From an uncultured Fibrobacterota bacterium (GTDB lineage Bacteria; Fibrobacterota; Chitinivibrionia; Chitinivibrionales; FEN-1185), in assembly GCA_963753345.1 (NCBI GenBank), contig CAVWBU010000049.1, positions 1 to 64,000 of the forward strand: a stretch of DNA of 64,000 nt, given 5' to 3'. Below are positions 21,812 through 31,860 of the stretch, one piece after another. The notes under the pieces are model-generated. The model searched no databases, had not been told where the DNA came from, and was given only the letters and a program-made list of their open reading frames with translations. The translations under genes and the position numbers were made by a program. Within the stretch, counting starts at the first letter, position 1. The number at the start of each line of letters is the position of its first letter.

Positions 21812-22657
21812 ATGAGAACTGCTACGTTACTTTCGGAAAAAGATTCTCTCGATCTTTATCTGGAAGAAATAAAGAACAACCGCACTCTCACGGCGCAGGA
21901 AGAGGCCGAGCTTGCCGTGCGTATCCGCAGGGGCGAAAAAAAGGCTCTTGAGCGGCTGGTAAAGGCAAACCTGCGGTTCGTGGTGAGCGTTGCGCGCAAC
22001 TATCAGAACCAGGGATTGCCGCTCAACGACCTCATCAACGAGGGCAATCTCGGACTCATCAAAGCGGCGCGGAAGTTCGATGAGAAGAAAAACTTCAAGT
22101 TCATTTCCTATGCCGTGTGGTGGATCCGGCAGGCGATTCTCAAGTCCCTCGCCGAGCAGTCGCGCATCATCAACGTGCCGCTCCACCGTGTGGGGACCAT
22201 TTCCGACATCGGCAAGGCGCAGAACAAGCTTGAGCAGGAACTGGAACGGGTGCCCACGGCCGAGGAGATCGCGCGCGAGATGGGAGTGGAGGAGCGTGAA
22301 GTGAACGACATCCTGCGTATCGGCAACCGGCATGTCTCCCTAGACAAACCCATGCAGAACGACGAGGACTTCCGTCTCATCGACTCGCTGCACAACCACG
22401 ACCAGGAGCTTCCGGACTCAGGCGCGATAAAGGTGTCGCTGTCCGGCGAGATAGAGAAACTGCTCGACACGCTATCTTCAGCCGAAAAGGAAGTCATCAA
22501 GCTGTACTTCGGCATCGGCCAGGACACCGCCCATACGCTCGAGGAGATCGGCAAGCGCGTGCACCTCACACGGGAGCGCGTGCGCCAGATCAAGCAGAAA
22601 GGGCTCAGACGGCTCCGCAACTCCTACCGGAGCAAGAAGCTCAGAAGCTTCATGTGA
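21812..22657 (+). CDS. RpoD/SigA-family sigma-70 factor (short, no region 1.1)
   Basis: ANLRFVVSVA, DLINEGNLGL, FISYAVWWIRQAI, TRERVRQI. Confidence 0.95.
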   Translation: MRTATLLSEKDSLDLYLEEIKNNRTLTAQEEAELAVRIRRGEKKALERLVKANLRFVVSVARNYQNQGLPLNDLINEGNLGLIKAARKFDEKKNFKFISYAVWWIRQAILKSLAEQSRIINVPLHRVGTISDIGKAQNKLEQELERVPTAEEIAREMGVEEREVNDILRIGNRHVSLDKPMQNDEDFRLIDSLHNHDQELPDSGAIKVSLSGEIEKLLDTLSSAEKEVIKLYFGIGQDTAHTLEEIGKRVHLTRERVRQIKQKGLRRLRNSYRSKKLRSFM

Positions 22658-22676
22658 TCCGCGTCGGCATTTCATG

Positions 22677-22712
22677 AAAAAGGGGCGTTCGATCGAACGC
22701 CCCTTTCTTTTT
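22677..22712. terminator. Bidirectional intrinsic terminator
   Basis: AAAGGGGCGTTCG-at-CGAACGCCCCTTT with A/T tracts on both sides, between convergent genes. Confidence 0.85.
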
Positions 22713-22740
22713 CTGCAAAACTTCGGCGGTAGCCGAAAAT

Positions 22741-23907
22741 TTACTTGGCCAGTTCCTTGATCTTGCGTATCACGAGGAGCGCCTCAGGGCCGCTCACGCT
22801 CTTTTCGAGCCCGAACTCGCCGTTGAGCTCGGCGTTCATTACTCCTTTGTCAACTGCATTGCAGATGGCGTTGTAGGCCGGGTGCGAAGCGTTGACGTCG
22901 GGGAACCTGCTCTGCGAGCCGATGTGCTTGGTGGCGAGACTCGGGTCGTGAAGGATCGCGATGATCGCGTCTTCGACCACCAGCGCGTATTCGCCGCGGT
23001 TCACGAGCTGGTCGGGATGGAAGGTGTGGTCCGGATACGGCTCCAGCCCGCGGATCTTGAGATCGACGATATCGGAAATAAAGTTCTTTGCCCAGTGGCC
23101 GCCGATATCGGTGATGTCGGCCATCTTCACCGCGCTGTCAACCTTCATTTCCCGCTTGTCGGCGGGCGCCTGGTACGAATTGTCGTAGTTCTTGGGGCGC
23201 TTCTTCTCAACGAGCTTGTCGATCTGGAGCTCCGAGACGAAGAGGGCGGCGATGTCGGCGCGGGATATTTTCTCAACGAGCGCGATGCGTTTTCCCACGT
23301 CGGTGCCGGGAGCGGCGCGCTCGATCATCTGCACCGCCTGCCATTCGTCGTCGGCTTCCTTGGTGAAGTCTTTCTTGAGTTCGAGGACCTTCTTGAAATC
23401 GTCGGCGGCTTTGCCGAATTCGTACGCCTTCTTGTAGCATTCGCCGCGACGGAAATACACCTCGGAATTCTGCGGGTCGATCTTGAGCGCCTTTTCGTAC
23501 TCGTTTTCCACGTCCTTGAGCCATTCCTTGGCCGGCTTTCCCTCGTTCTCCATGGTGATCACGTTGCCCTTGGCCACGAAGCCGTCCGGAATCTTGTTGT
23601 CGAGCGACTGGCATTTCTCCGCGAGCTTGATCGCTTCCTTGAAATCGCCTTTCTTTGCGGTGACCAGCGCGAGTCCCGCGTATGCCTGCGCGAATTTCGC
23701 GTCGAGCGACGTGGAGAGATTGAACTCCTCCTGGGCCTTGTCGTACTTGCCGTCGTAGTAGTATTTCATCCCCTCTTTGTAGTGGGATAGTGGCGTGTCC
23801 ATGTAGCCGCCGGCCTTGCGCGCCTTCGGGGCGCAGCCGACCGCGATCGCGAGCGCGATGCTCAGGGAAAGAGTTGCAAAGGTCCTTAACGAATGTCTCT
23901 TTTGCAT
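22741..23907 (-). CDS. TPR + S-layer homology (SLH) domain lipoprotein
   Basis: Lipobox AVGC, TPR repeats, SLH-like DIGGHWA, YPDHTFHPDQLVNRGE and FPDVNASHPAY. Confidence 0.85.
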   Translation of the reverse strand: MQKRHSLRTFATLSLSIALAIAVGCAPKARKAGGYMDTPLSHYKEGMKYYYDGKYDKAQEEFNLSTSLDAKFAQAYAGLALVTAKKGDFKEAIKLAEKCQSLDNKIPDGFVAKGNVITMENEGKPAKEWLKDVENEYEKALKIDPQNSEVYFRRGECYKKAYEFGKAADDFKKVLELKKDFTKEADDEWQAVQMIERAAPGTDVGKRIALVEKISRADIAALFVSELQIDKLVEKKRPKNYDNSYQAPADKREMKVDSAVKMADITDIGGHWAKNFISDIVDLKIRGLEPYPDHTFHPDQLVNRGEYALVVEDAIIAILHDPSLATKHIGSQSRFPDVNASHPAYNAICNAVDKGVMNAELNGEFGLEKSVSGPEALLVIRKIKELAK

Positions 23908-23948
23908 AAGCTGTTTCTCCTTGCGTTGGGTTTCTCCGGATATTCCTA

Positions 23949-24797
23949 TCAGTCAACAACCAGGATCACGCGGCACTCGGACAGGAATTTGAGGTTCTGT
24001 GCCGCGCTCCGCACGTCGGCCGCGTCGGTGTCGGAGATGATGATGTCGGTCGCGTTGTCGCCGAGGGCCTTGAGCGCCTTGATTTGTCCCGGCGTCTTCC
24101 CCACGCGGTCGAGCTTGGACGCGGCCTTGACGTCCTTTGCGTATCCGACGATGCCGTATTTGATGGCCCATTCCCGAGACACGTATGCGCTGCCGTACAC
24201 TTCCTTTCCGGATTCGTCGAGGATTTTCGGGGCGAGGGCGGGTTTTACGTTGAGGCCGTGGCAGTCAATGATGAGCCCGGTAAAGATCATGGCCTTTTTC
24301 GCCTTTGCCCCCTCGAATGCCGTCATGGAGGGTTTTTCTCCGACCGTGGTTCCGAGGAGCATGTCGTCGATGCCGCCCACGCCGTCGAGCGGGATGGCCA
24401 TTACGAGCTCGACCGAGCCGTCGCTCATGTACTTTTCCTTGCCTTTCTGTTCAAACCCGCGCACGAACCCGCTCACCCTGCTGGTGATCACGTCGCTTTT
24501 TACCATGAAGTTTTCAACGGTCGTGCTCGAATTCAGGAAAATCCCCTTGAGGGTTTCAAGCGCGTTGCGAAGGGCGATCTGCTGCGCCGCGCGGATCGCG
24601 CCGGCCCGCTGGGCCGCTTCCGGGTGGTCGGGGTTGGGCGCGCCGATGCCCTTGGCGAAGATGATGCGGTTTGTCCAGTCGATGCATCCGTCTCCCTGCT
24701 TGTCGGTGACAACGGTGTCCAGAACCGGCTGCATCTGGGCCATTGCCATCGTCGCGGAAAACAGGCCCGCGAGAAAAGCGGTTAAAACTCTTTTCAT
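23949..24797 (-). CDS. LPP20-like secreted protein
   Basis: IDWTNRIIFAKGIG, AIRAAQQIALRNALE, TGLIID..PALAPKILDE. Confidence 0.75.
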   Translation of the reverse strand: MKRVLTAFLAGLFSATMAMAQMQPVLDTVVTDKQGDGCIDWTNRIIFAKGIGAPNPDHPEAAQRAGAIRAAQQIALRNALETLKGIFLNSSTTVENFMVKSDVITSRVSGFVRGFEQKGKEKYMSDGSVELVMAIPLDGVGGIDDMLLGTTVGEKPSMTAFEGAKAKKAMIFTGLIIDCHGLNVKPALAPKILDESGKEVYGSAYVSREWAIKYGIVGYAKDVKAASKLDRVGKTPGQIKALKALGDNATDIIISDTDAADVRSAAQNLKFLSECRVILVVD

Positions 24798-24975
24798 ACA
24801 TCCTCCTTATAGGAATTATTGGTGAAATGATGGTTATCGGAATTTGTCCGCCGCTCTGAGACTATTGCCTACTTTGCCGTGCCGAGCCTGCACCAAAAAT
24901 ATACGATTCCCGCACGCAAAGGTCTGTGATTGTGGTCACACGGGCTTGCGGTATGCATTACACCCGTGCGGGGTG

Positions 24976-25697
24976 TCACCGGACCTTCCTTGCGATGCAG
25001 AACAGGTATCCCACGTACCTGAAGCCTTCCATCCTGTAAAAAACATCAATTTCCTTGTGGAAAGCAAGCTTGATCCGCTTGCTGGCGAAAAACCCCTTGT
25101 CGTCATCGAGCCTGCGCGCCATGTGCGCGTAGTAGTTGTCCCATCCGCTCTGGGGAACAAGGCCCATGAACTGCGGCTCGAATCCGGCGGCGGCAGTTTT
25201 GGCGCGGTAGGAGGCTTCGGTCTCGTAGCGGTACGTTTCGTCCTCGAAAATCCGTTTCACCTCCGCGGGCACCTTCTCGGTGAGCATCACAAGGTCCGAG
25301 AACGCAAACCATCCGCGCGGCGCGGTCCATTGGTGCGCAAGCGCCAGCCCCTTGTCCCGTGACAGAAACGACAGCACGCCGCCCTCGGCAAGGACCAGGT
25401 CGAACGGCTCTTTTGAGAAATCGGCGGCAAGCAGCGTCGCCCGCCGTGAAGGTGATAAGGTGGCTCACCGAGTTCTTAACCGCGCGTTCCCGCGCCGCCT
25501 CGATGTTCTCTTCGCTGATATCAAGTGCGGTGACCTTGCACCGGAACTCCCGCGCCAGAGTTGCATGCGCCGGCGCCGAGTCCGCAGCCGACGTCCAGCA
25601 CCCTGCTTGACGGCGTGAGCAGCGCGAACCTTCCGGCGGCGAGGGTGCATTCGCGTCCCGCCGGGGACGAATAGTCGGAGTGAGGGTCGGTTACCAT
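24976..25697 (-). pseudogene. Class I SAM-dependent methyltransferase, frameshifted (about 25558 and 25440); may be intact if these are assembly indels
   Basis: VLDVGCGLG motif I, ALDISEENI and FDLVLAEG are found across different frames. Confidence 0.7.
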
Positions 25698-25738
25698 TGT
25701 TCCCCGCGAGGTGCGCGCCGCCGCACGAAGGCGGATTC

Positions 25739-26875
25739 TCACCGCACTTTGAGAAAGATGATAAGACTGAGGACGAGTAGGATCACCGAAATGATATGGA
25801 AACGCCAGGTGATTTTCGAGCGGATGTAGAATTCTTGCGCGTAAAAGGGGTTCTTTCGCATGACAAACTGGAAATGGTGGTGGATCGGCGCGCGGAGGAA
25901 AATGCGTTTGCCCGTCGACTTGAATGAGGCGATCTGGAGCACCACCGAGCAGAACTCGAGCAGAAAAATGAACCCCACGAGCGGGAGAAAGAACGCCGCC
26001 TTGATGAAGATGAACATGATGCCGATGGTTCCGCCCAGCCCCACGGCGCCGGAATCGCCCATGATGATGGACGACGGCGGCGCGTTGAACCACAGAAACG
26101 CCAGGAGCGTGCCCACGGCGGCGCCGATGAGCGGCAGGATTTCGTCGACGCCGGCAATGTAGGGAATGAGCAGGTACCTGCTCCATACCGCATGGCTTGA
26201 CACATAGGCAATGACGCCGACGAACAGGAAACAGGTGATGAGCGGCACCGCGGCCAGCGTGTCGAAGCCGTCGGTGAAGTTCACGCCGTTTGCCATCACG
26301 GCGATAACGAGCGTCATAAACGGGACAAAGAGCCACGACGGCATGTAGGGAAAATGGCGCGAGACGCTCAGAAACGGGAGATCGATGTACCCGTTGATGT
26401 TCGGAATGTACTTGTAGGCGGCAATGGCGACAAGAAAGGATATGACGATGTACAGAATCAGCCGCACGTTGGCCGAAATGCCGTCTGCCTTGTACTGGTA
26501 ATCCTGTTTGGTGATCGCCCCCTTGGACACGCGGACCTTGTTCGCCACCTTTGCGATGTCGTCAACCGCGCCGATCACGCTGAAGAAGACGTAAATCGCG
26601 AGGGCCGATACGACGTACGAATTGAAGCGCGCCGTGATAAGGCTCGTTGCCAGGATTATGAACAGAAACAACAGGCCGGCCGGCATCACCGGATCGGTTC
26701 TTCCTTTGACGGTCTCGAATTCGGTGTTGACGTTGAGTCTCTTGAGAAACGCGATATACGGCGGGAACAGGGCCATTGCGCACACAAACGAAAACACCGT
26801 CGCCACGCTGGTGCTGAAAAGACGGCTGTTGAGAAGATAGAGGTGGGTTTTCTGATAGATGAGTTCTATGAGCAT
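25739..26875 (-). CDS. mraY: Phospho-N-acetylmuramoyl-pentapeptide transferase (MraY family)
   Basis: GAVDD, NGVNFTDGFD, FLWFN, MGDSG, RAPIHHHF; multiple TM helices. Confidence 0.8.
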   Translation of the reverse strand: MLIELIYQKTHLYLLNSRLFSTSVATVFSFVCAMALFPPYIAFLKRLNVNTEFETVKGRTDPVMPAGLLFLFIILATSLITARFNSYVVSALAIYVFFSVIGAVDDIAKVANKVRVSKGAITKQDYQYKADGISANVRLILYIVISFLVAIAAYKYIPNINGYIDLPFLSVSRHFPYMPSWLFVPFMTLVIAVMANGVNFTDGFDTLAAVPLITCFLFVGVIAYVSSHAVWSRYLLIPYIAGVDEILPLIGAAVGTLLAFLWFNAPPSSIIMGDSGAVGLGGTIGIMFIFIKAAFFLPLVGFIFLLEFCSVVLQIASFKSTGKRIFLRAPIHHHFQFVMRKNPFYAQEFYIRSKITWRFHIISVILLVLSLIIFLKVR

Positions 26876-27025
26876 GCGCGGTCCGGCTGGAAACCCGTGA
26901 CGACGTTTGTGTAGGATCAAAGTTATTGATTAAATATATTTTAGGACGAAACGGCTTCGCAAAAATGTTGCCGTGGGTAACGATAGCGCACCATCATTTG
27001 AAAATCACTGCATTGGAGGACACCC

Positions 27026-27775
27026 ATGAACATTGACAATCACACACATGCGGGCGACGCGGGGCATGGCGGCGGCGAGCTTGAGCCGGAAAAGCTCAAC
27101 GTGGCGAACGGCGCGCTCTTCGCCGGTGCACGCGGCGTCGGCGTGGGCACAACGGACCCGAAATCGGCCCTCGACGTGACGACCGCCGCGGGAAACAACA
27201 GCCCGGTGGCGAACGTCGTGTACGCTGGCGAGGATGCACTTGACAAGATCGCAATACAGGGCGTGTCGACGCCCCGGCCCGATTTCGGCACGGGCGGCTC
27301 GTTCCGCGGCGGCTGCGCGGGGATCATCGCGCGCGCAGAGGCGAGGGGCGGAACGGGCGAGCGGGTGGGAGGCGAGTTCTGGGCCCAGTGCGGCAGGACC
27401 ACCTACGGCATCAAGGCTTCGACGTTCGGATCCCCGGACCCTGAGTCGGGCATTCACATCGCCGGATTTTTCCACGCCGACCACGAGCAGAACCACGGCG
27501 AATTCTGGGCAGGGTTCTTTCTGGGCCGCATTTTCATCAGCGAAAACACGGGCATCGGCACCAGGGAGCCTTCCGAGAGGCTCGAGGTGAACGGCAACGT
27601 GCGCGTTTCGGGAACGGGCCATTCGCTTATCGTGAGCGATCCCGCGGTGCCGGCGAATTCAAAAGACCCCATGGGCGCAAAGGGCCAGATCGCCTGGGAC
27701 GAGAAGTTCCTTTATGTAAAGACCGAGGCGGGGGAGAAGAATGTGTGGAAGAGGGTGGAGATGAAGGAGTGGTGA
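27026..27775 (+). CDS. Hypothetical protein with GIGTT-type repeats (fibre/adhesin-like)
   Basis: GVGTTDPKSALDV and GIGTREPSERLEVNGNV repeats; C-terminal GQIAWDEKFLYV..WKR; GGAGG RBS. Confidence 0.7.
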   Translation: MNIDNHTHAGDAGHGGGELEPEKLNVANGALFAGARGVGVGTTDPKSALDVTTAAGNNSPVANVVYAGEDALDKIAIQGVSTPRPDFGTGGSFRGGCAGIIARAEARGGTGERVGGEFWAQCGRTTYGIKASTFGSPDPESGIHIAGFFHADHEQNHGEFWAGFFLGRIFISENTGIGTREPSERLEVNGNVRVSGTGHSLIVSDPAVPANSKDPMGAKGQIAWDEKFLYVKTEAGEKNVWKRVEMKEW

Positions 27776-27822
27776 GGGTCGATAAAAACGCCGAACGGTG
27801 CAGGCGGTACGAAATCAAGAAA

Positions 27823-30543
27823 TCAAGGATTCTTGATACATCGGACACTGAAACCGGAACTATTATTGCCGCCAGCACTGCCTACACTCGCGTTAGCGGA
27901 GCTCATGTCACGCTCCCACAAACCTCCTATATTGTACGCCGTAGACGACCACCAGCAACCGTAGTCGCCAATACCTTGGAACTCACCACCGGGTCGGCCA
28001 CCACCCGGAAGCGCCGAAAATCCAGTTTCATTTGTTGCACCGGTGTTAGGAGCACTCCAATGTGCCGTTCCGGCCTCTTTCAGTTTTCCACCTGCCACAG
28101 TATCACCGCCAAGGTACGTTGTGAGCACAGTCCATTCGGAGTCTGTTGGTACGTGCCAGCCCACTGGGGCCAGTTTGCCGGTGTTGACGGCATACCAATT
28201 GTATAATGCTCCATAAGGATTTTTATATGTGGCTGAATCGTTATTATACCAGCAGTACCCCTGTGCCGTATGATACCCCGGTGTCGTATCATCACCCCAT
28301 GCACTATCACCCGTTACCAACCGTATTGCAGTGCCATCGTTATATCGAATTGTTTTCAAGTTCTCCACCATCCAGACTTGTGCCCCTATTGTAACTGTCT
28401 CATAGCCATTCCCGTCGATATCCCGGATCAATTTTCTAATGCTGCAATTTCTTTCACCCGACCAACCACTGCTATCGCCCAAGGTATCGTATGCGATCAC
28501 TTTGAATTTCAGTGACAACAATGAATCATAACCCATTAATCGAACGAAAGTGTCCGTCAGGGCAGCAGCAAACTGCGTATAACCGGTGTTGTTGTAATTG
28601 ACAAGTACCCGGTAGCGCACCCCATTTCCGTTCGGGTCAATGCCTCTACTCCATCGGATGGTTGCATCAGACCATATTGAATCCCCATCCTTTGCTGGAT
28701 AAGTAATCACGGGTGATGTTGGCGGGCTATTGACGATACACCCGTATCCCACATTACTTCCCGTGCTCCACACTCCTTCGGTGTCTATCTGGAAAACCCT
28801 ATAATATCGCGGCTGCCATGCATAACTTGGCGTAGGCGTGGTATAGCTCACCGTGCCGATCGCCGTAATCGTCGCCCATAATTCGCTGGTGGTATCAACG
28901 GCATTCGTCGTGTTTCTGTAAATTCGATACTGTGTAAAATCCGTCTCAAGTGATTGGCTGTAATGCACTGTTATGGTACTTACCGTGCTGTCAATCGAAC
29001 TAATTGTCAATGGCCTTGGTCTGACGCGCACCCTAAATCCCCTTACCACCACATTCCCTTTGCTGTCCGTGATCCGAATCTTTACACTGTCCCACGAACA
29101 AACGCTGCCTGTTGAGAATGAGTATTCCTCACATCCGGACAAACCGAGGCCGCCGAGGTTCTTGTAATTGCCGCTGTTTGCAGTGTCTATTCCAACAGTC
29201 ATAGCTCCAAACTCTTGCCGCACGTAAACCGAACAGCGGACCGTGCCGCCATGATTGACTGATGTATCTGCCGAAAGAAAGGCGATCACCGGGGCATCCT
29301 GAATAATGATTACGCTCACGCTGTCTGTCCAAACCGTACCTGCTCCGTCAGTCGCTCTTGCGAATATCTTCTTGTTCCCCGCTTGCTTCCACCAGTAAGC
29401 CAGCGTGTCGTTTCCTGTCAGCGAAGAATCGGATTTTTGCCTGACAACGGGCGAATTCAAACTGTCGGCATACCAGACGATCTTTACTAGTTTTCTGGTT
29501 GGATTGGCATAAGTAAGGCAGACTCTTACGGTATCGTTAATGCTGGCCGTATCACTTATCGTATTATTCAAATTCCAACTGAATGTTGTCGTCACAAGCG
29601 ATGAGGAAACCACATCCATCGTGTCTGCCGGAATAGCTGCCTTCGGGCTTTCCTGTCCAGCCCTGAACGAAACGACCGTGTATGCGTACGTGTTGCCGAC
29701 TGAAACGGTTGAATCACGATAAGTCGTCACCGTATCCGGCAACGGCGATTGCGTTATAAGACTGAGATTCTGTCCCTTGACTGCCCGATACACATTGTAT
29801 CCGGCAATCAACGACGTATCTGCGCCAGTCCACGCCAAGTTCACCGTTTGCCTCAGTGTGTCATATGAAACTGTCAAACCCGTTGGCCCAGGAATCCCCG
29901 TATATTCCATCACAATATCATGTCCCACCGAATCCATCTTTCCCGCCGTCACACTCAGCACCGTATCCTTCGGCACATACGCATCCAGCGTCGTTAAGAA
30001 CCTCACTCTGTACGTTCCTTCGGCCATATTTGCAACGGTAAATTTGCCCGTCGAATCATCCGGCGCTCCCCAGGTGTTTGTCCCAAAGAAAAGGATAAGT
30101 ACGGTTCTCGCATCGTCCCCGGGCTGCAAACGAACTCTTCCCCGAATTCCTCCCGGCGTTTTGAGCGTGTCCGCTGGCGGGTGAATAGTTGAATCCTTAA
30201 TCACGGTTATCGAGTCCTGGTACACCACGCCGCTGTCGCCTGAGGCCAGCACATTGTAGGTTCCGGTGTCGAGCTTCGCCGCGTAATTGCCATTAGCATC
30301 CGTCGTTGTCGAGTCCGCAAGAGCAGCCAGCGCTTTTGCCAAGCCGCCGGTGCGCGGATTGTAGTTGACAGGGTAGAACCTGACTTTTGCGTGAGCGGCA
30401 GGCGATCCGCCCGGGTTGTAAAGCATTGCAGACACACTCGGGTTTCCCACCTCGGTCCCGCCCGCGATATTCTTCACGCAGTTCATGGAAAGCAGGCATG
30501 CGAGAACGAGGATGATCGAGGAATAGGCAAGCAGCTTCTTCAT
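27823..30543 (-). CDS. Large lipoprotein with FN3-like repeats and C-terminal FISUMP (Fibrobacter major paralogous) domain
   Basis: DIDGNGYETVTIGAQVWMVENL, YGALYNWYAV, GWHVPTDSEW, GFSALPGG, GFSVRCIK; N-terminal C..AGGTEVGNP. Confidence 0.9.
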   Translation of the reverse strand: MKKLLAYSSIILVLACLLSMNCVKNIAGGTEVGNPSVSAMLYNPGGSPAAHAKVRFYPVNYNPRTGGLAKALAALADSTTTDANGNYAAKLDTGTYNVLASGDSGVVYQDSITVIKDSTIHPPADTLKTPGGIRGRVRLQPGDDARTVLILFFGTNTWGAPDDSTGKFTVANMAEGTYRVRFLTTLDAYVPKDTVLSVTAGKMDSVGHDIVMEYTGIPGPTGLTVSYDTLRQTVNLAWTGADTSLIAGYNVYRAVKGQNLSLITQSPLPDTVTTYRDSTVSVGNTYAYTVVSFRAGQESPKAAIPADTMDVVSSSLVTTTFSWNLNNTISDTASINDTVRVCLTYANPTRKLVKIVWYADSLNSPVVRQKSDSSLTGNDTLAYWWKQAGNKKIFARATDGAGTVWTDSVSVIIIQDAPVIAFLSADTSVNHGGTVRCSVYVRQEFGAMTVGIDTANSGNYKNLGGLGLSGCEEYSFSTGSVCSWDSVKIRITDSKGNVVVRGFRVRVRPRPLTISSIDSTVSTITVHYSQSLETDFTQYRIYRNTTNAVDTTSELWATITAIGTVSYTTPTPSYAWQPRYYRVFQIDTEGVWSTGSNVGYGCIVNSPPTSPVITYPAKDGDSIWSDATIRWSRGIDPNGNGVRYRVLVNYNNTGYTQFAAALTDTFVRLMGYDSLLSLKFKVIAYDTLGDSSGWSGERNCSIRKLIRDIDGNGYETVTIGAQVWMVENLKTIRYNDGTAIRLVTGDSAWGDDTTPGYHTAQGYCWYNNDSATYKNPYGALYNWYAVNTGKLAPVGWHVPTDSEWTVLTTYLGGDTVAGGKLKEAGTAHWSAPNTGATNETGFSALPGGGRPGGEFQGIGDYGCWWSSTAYNIGGLWERDMSSANASVGSAGGNNSSGFSVRCIKNP

Positions 30544-30555
30544 AGGTGTTGTTCC

Positions 30556-31383
30556 TTATCTTTCTTCAGTTGACACAGGAAAACACTGGAAATTCACGGC
30601 AAACACACGGGTTGGGTCGTTCTCGGCCTCGGCAAGTGCGAGCAGCCTACTCCTGCAGTCGGCAATCGCCTCTATGGCCTGTTTATAGGATTCCTTTGAA
30701 AGCCCGACCATGCAGGCCGTTATATTTCTTTCGTCCTTGCTCAGCGAGTCAAGAGATTCAATTGCCAGCTGCCCCATGGTACGGTGGAAGTTTGTTGCCG
30801 CGACTGAGGAGACTTCCGGGCCGGTGCTGAGGATCGGATCGGTTTGTACGAACCGGCCATTTTTTTCCTTTATAAGACCCAATTGCAGGAGAAGCTCGAA
30901 CGATTTTCTTGCCTGGGATTCGGTGATCCGGGGCCGCAGGCGCCTGGCTAAAGCCGCAAAGTCCTTTTTGAATCCCTTATGCGTCACAAGTTCCCTGACT
31001 ACCGCGTTGTACCAGTTGCTCAGATACGAATACAGGCGCTCGTCTATTTTGCCGGCGCTCGAGTTCTTTCTCATTGACATCATCCTTGAAAAATAGCGGT
31101 CCTTTTCCCTGTGTGATTTCGCCTGGGTGAGACTCACAAGGTTCTCAAAGTAGTCGGATTCTTTGGGAGTGTGCTTGAAAAGTTCTGAAAGCTTGAAGCA
31201 CAGTGCAGGGTTGAGGTTTCTCTTGCCTTGCATCACGAGCCACAGGAAGTTCGACGTTGAAAGCCCGAGTCTCGCCGCCGCATACCGGTGAGAAAACGAA
31301 GCGTTCAACTTCTTTTGTTCTTTGAACACGTCTTTCAGGTAGTTCCTGAAATCGGAATAATCGAAAATGTTCGTTGTTACCAT
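30556..31383 (-). CDS. TIGR02147-family protein
   Basis: IFDYSDFRNYL, FSHR, GKRNL, WYNAVVRE, C-terminal NFQCFP; typical position upstream of a lipoprotein. Confidence 0.9.
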   Translation of the reverse strand: MVTTNIFDYSDFRNYLKDVFKEQKKLNASFSHRYAAARLGLSTSNFLWLVMQGKRNLNPALCFKLSELFKHTPKESDYFENLVSLTQAKSHREKDRYFSRMMSMRKNSSAGKIDERLYSYLSNWYNAVVRELVTHKGFKKDFAALARRLRPRITESQARKSFELLLQLGLIKEKNGRFVQTDPILSTGPEVSSVAATNFHRTMGQLAIESLDSLSKDERNITACMVGLSKESYKQAIEAIADCRSRLLALAEAENDPTRVFAVNFQCFPVSTEER

Positions 31384-31646
31384 AGGTGATACCTCGTAAC
31401 TAGAACATACACCAAGAAAAGGGAAAAGTCAATAGTCTATTATACAAATGGTGTTCATTTAGAACACGAATCACTATCGGACCAATGGTGTTTTGTACAG
31501 TGCAGGACGGCATATCCGTCACTTATTTTACTTGTTCACAACTGTCAAAGGTACTTGGGCAAACGGAAGGCTCCCATCATTTGCCCAAACGAAGTTTCGT
31601 CTTCGCGCTAAGATCAAGCTGATGATGGTGAGACGATCTTGTTTTT

Positions 31647-31786
31647 CGCGCCAGGCAGGACCGGAGTTGGTCCCGCCATAGCGGGATTGCCGGCCGACCC
31701 CTCGCCGAAGGCGACTAGGGGCGGACCGGCAACGAGGCGAACAGCCGAGCCCGAGAGGGAGGGCCGCCGCCGAAGGCGGGGCGCCC
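31647..31786 (-). repeat. Structured intergenic repeat, module 1, copy D
   Basis: Reverse complement reads GGGCGCC...CTGGCGCG. Confidence 0.85.
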
Positions 31787-31860
31787 AAGAGCTTTATTCT
31801 TCACAAAGGGACTATTTAACACGGAATCAACATATTATTTATAATACTTGTGGAGCACTC

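Noticed and set aside
22882-24825. Long antisense ORFs (also opposite the malic enzyme, hppA, GH30 and glgP genes)
   Set aside because: These are shadow ORFs from high-GC codon bias opposite well-supported genes.
27823-28020. FISUMP C-terminus as a diversity-generating retroelement variable region
   Set aside because: No reverse transcriptase and no template repeat were found in the window.
31639-31860. N-terminal ORF extensions of folD (likewise of the S8 peptidase, 50725-50940, and of 53062-53316) and short ORFs over the repeats
   Set aside because: They are translations of the GC-rich repeat; better starts lie downstream.
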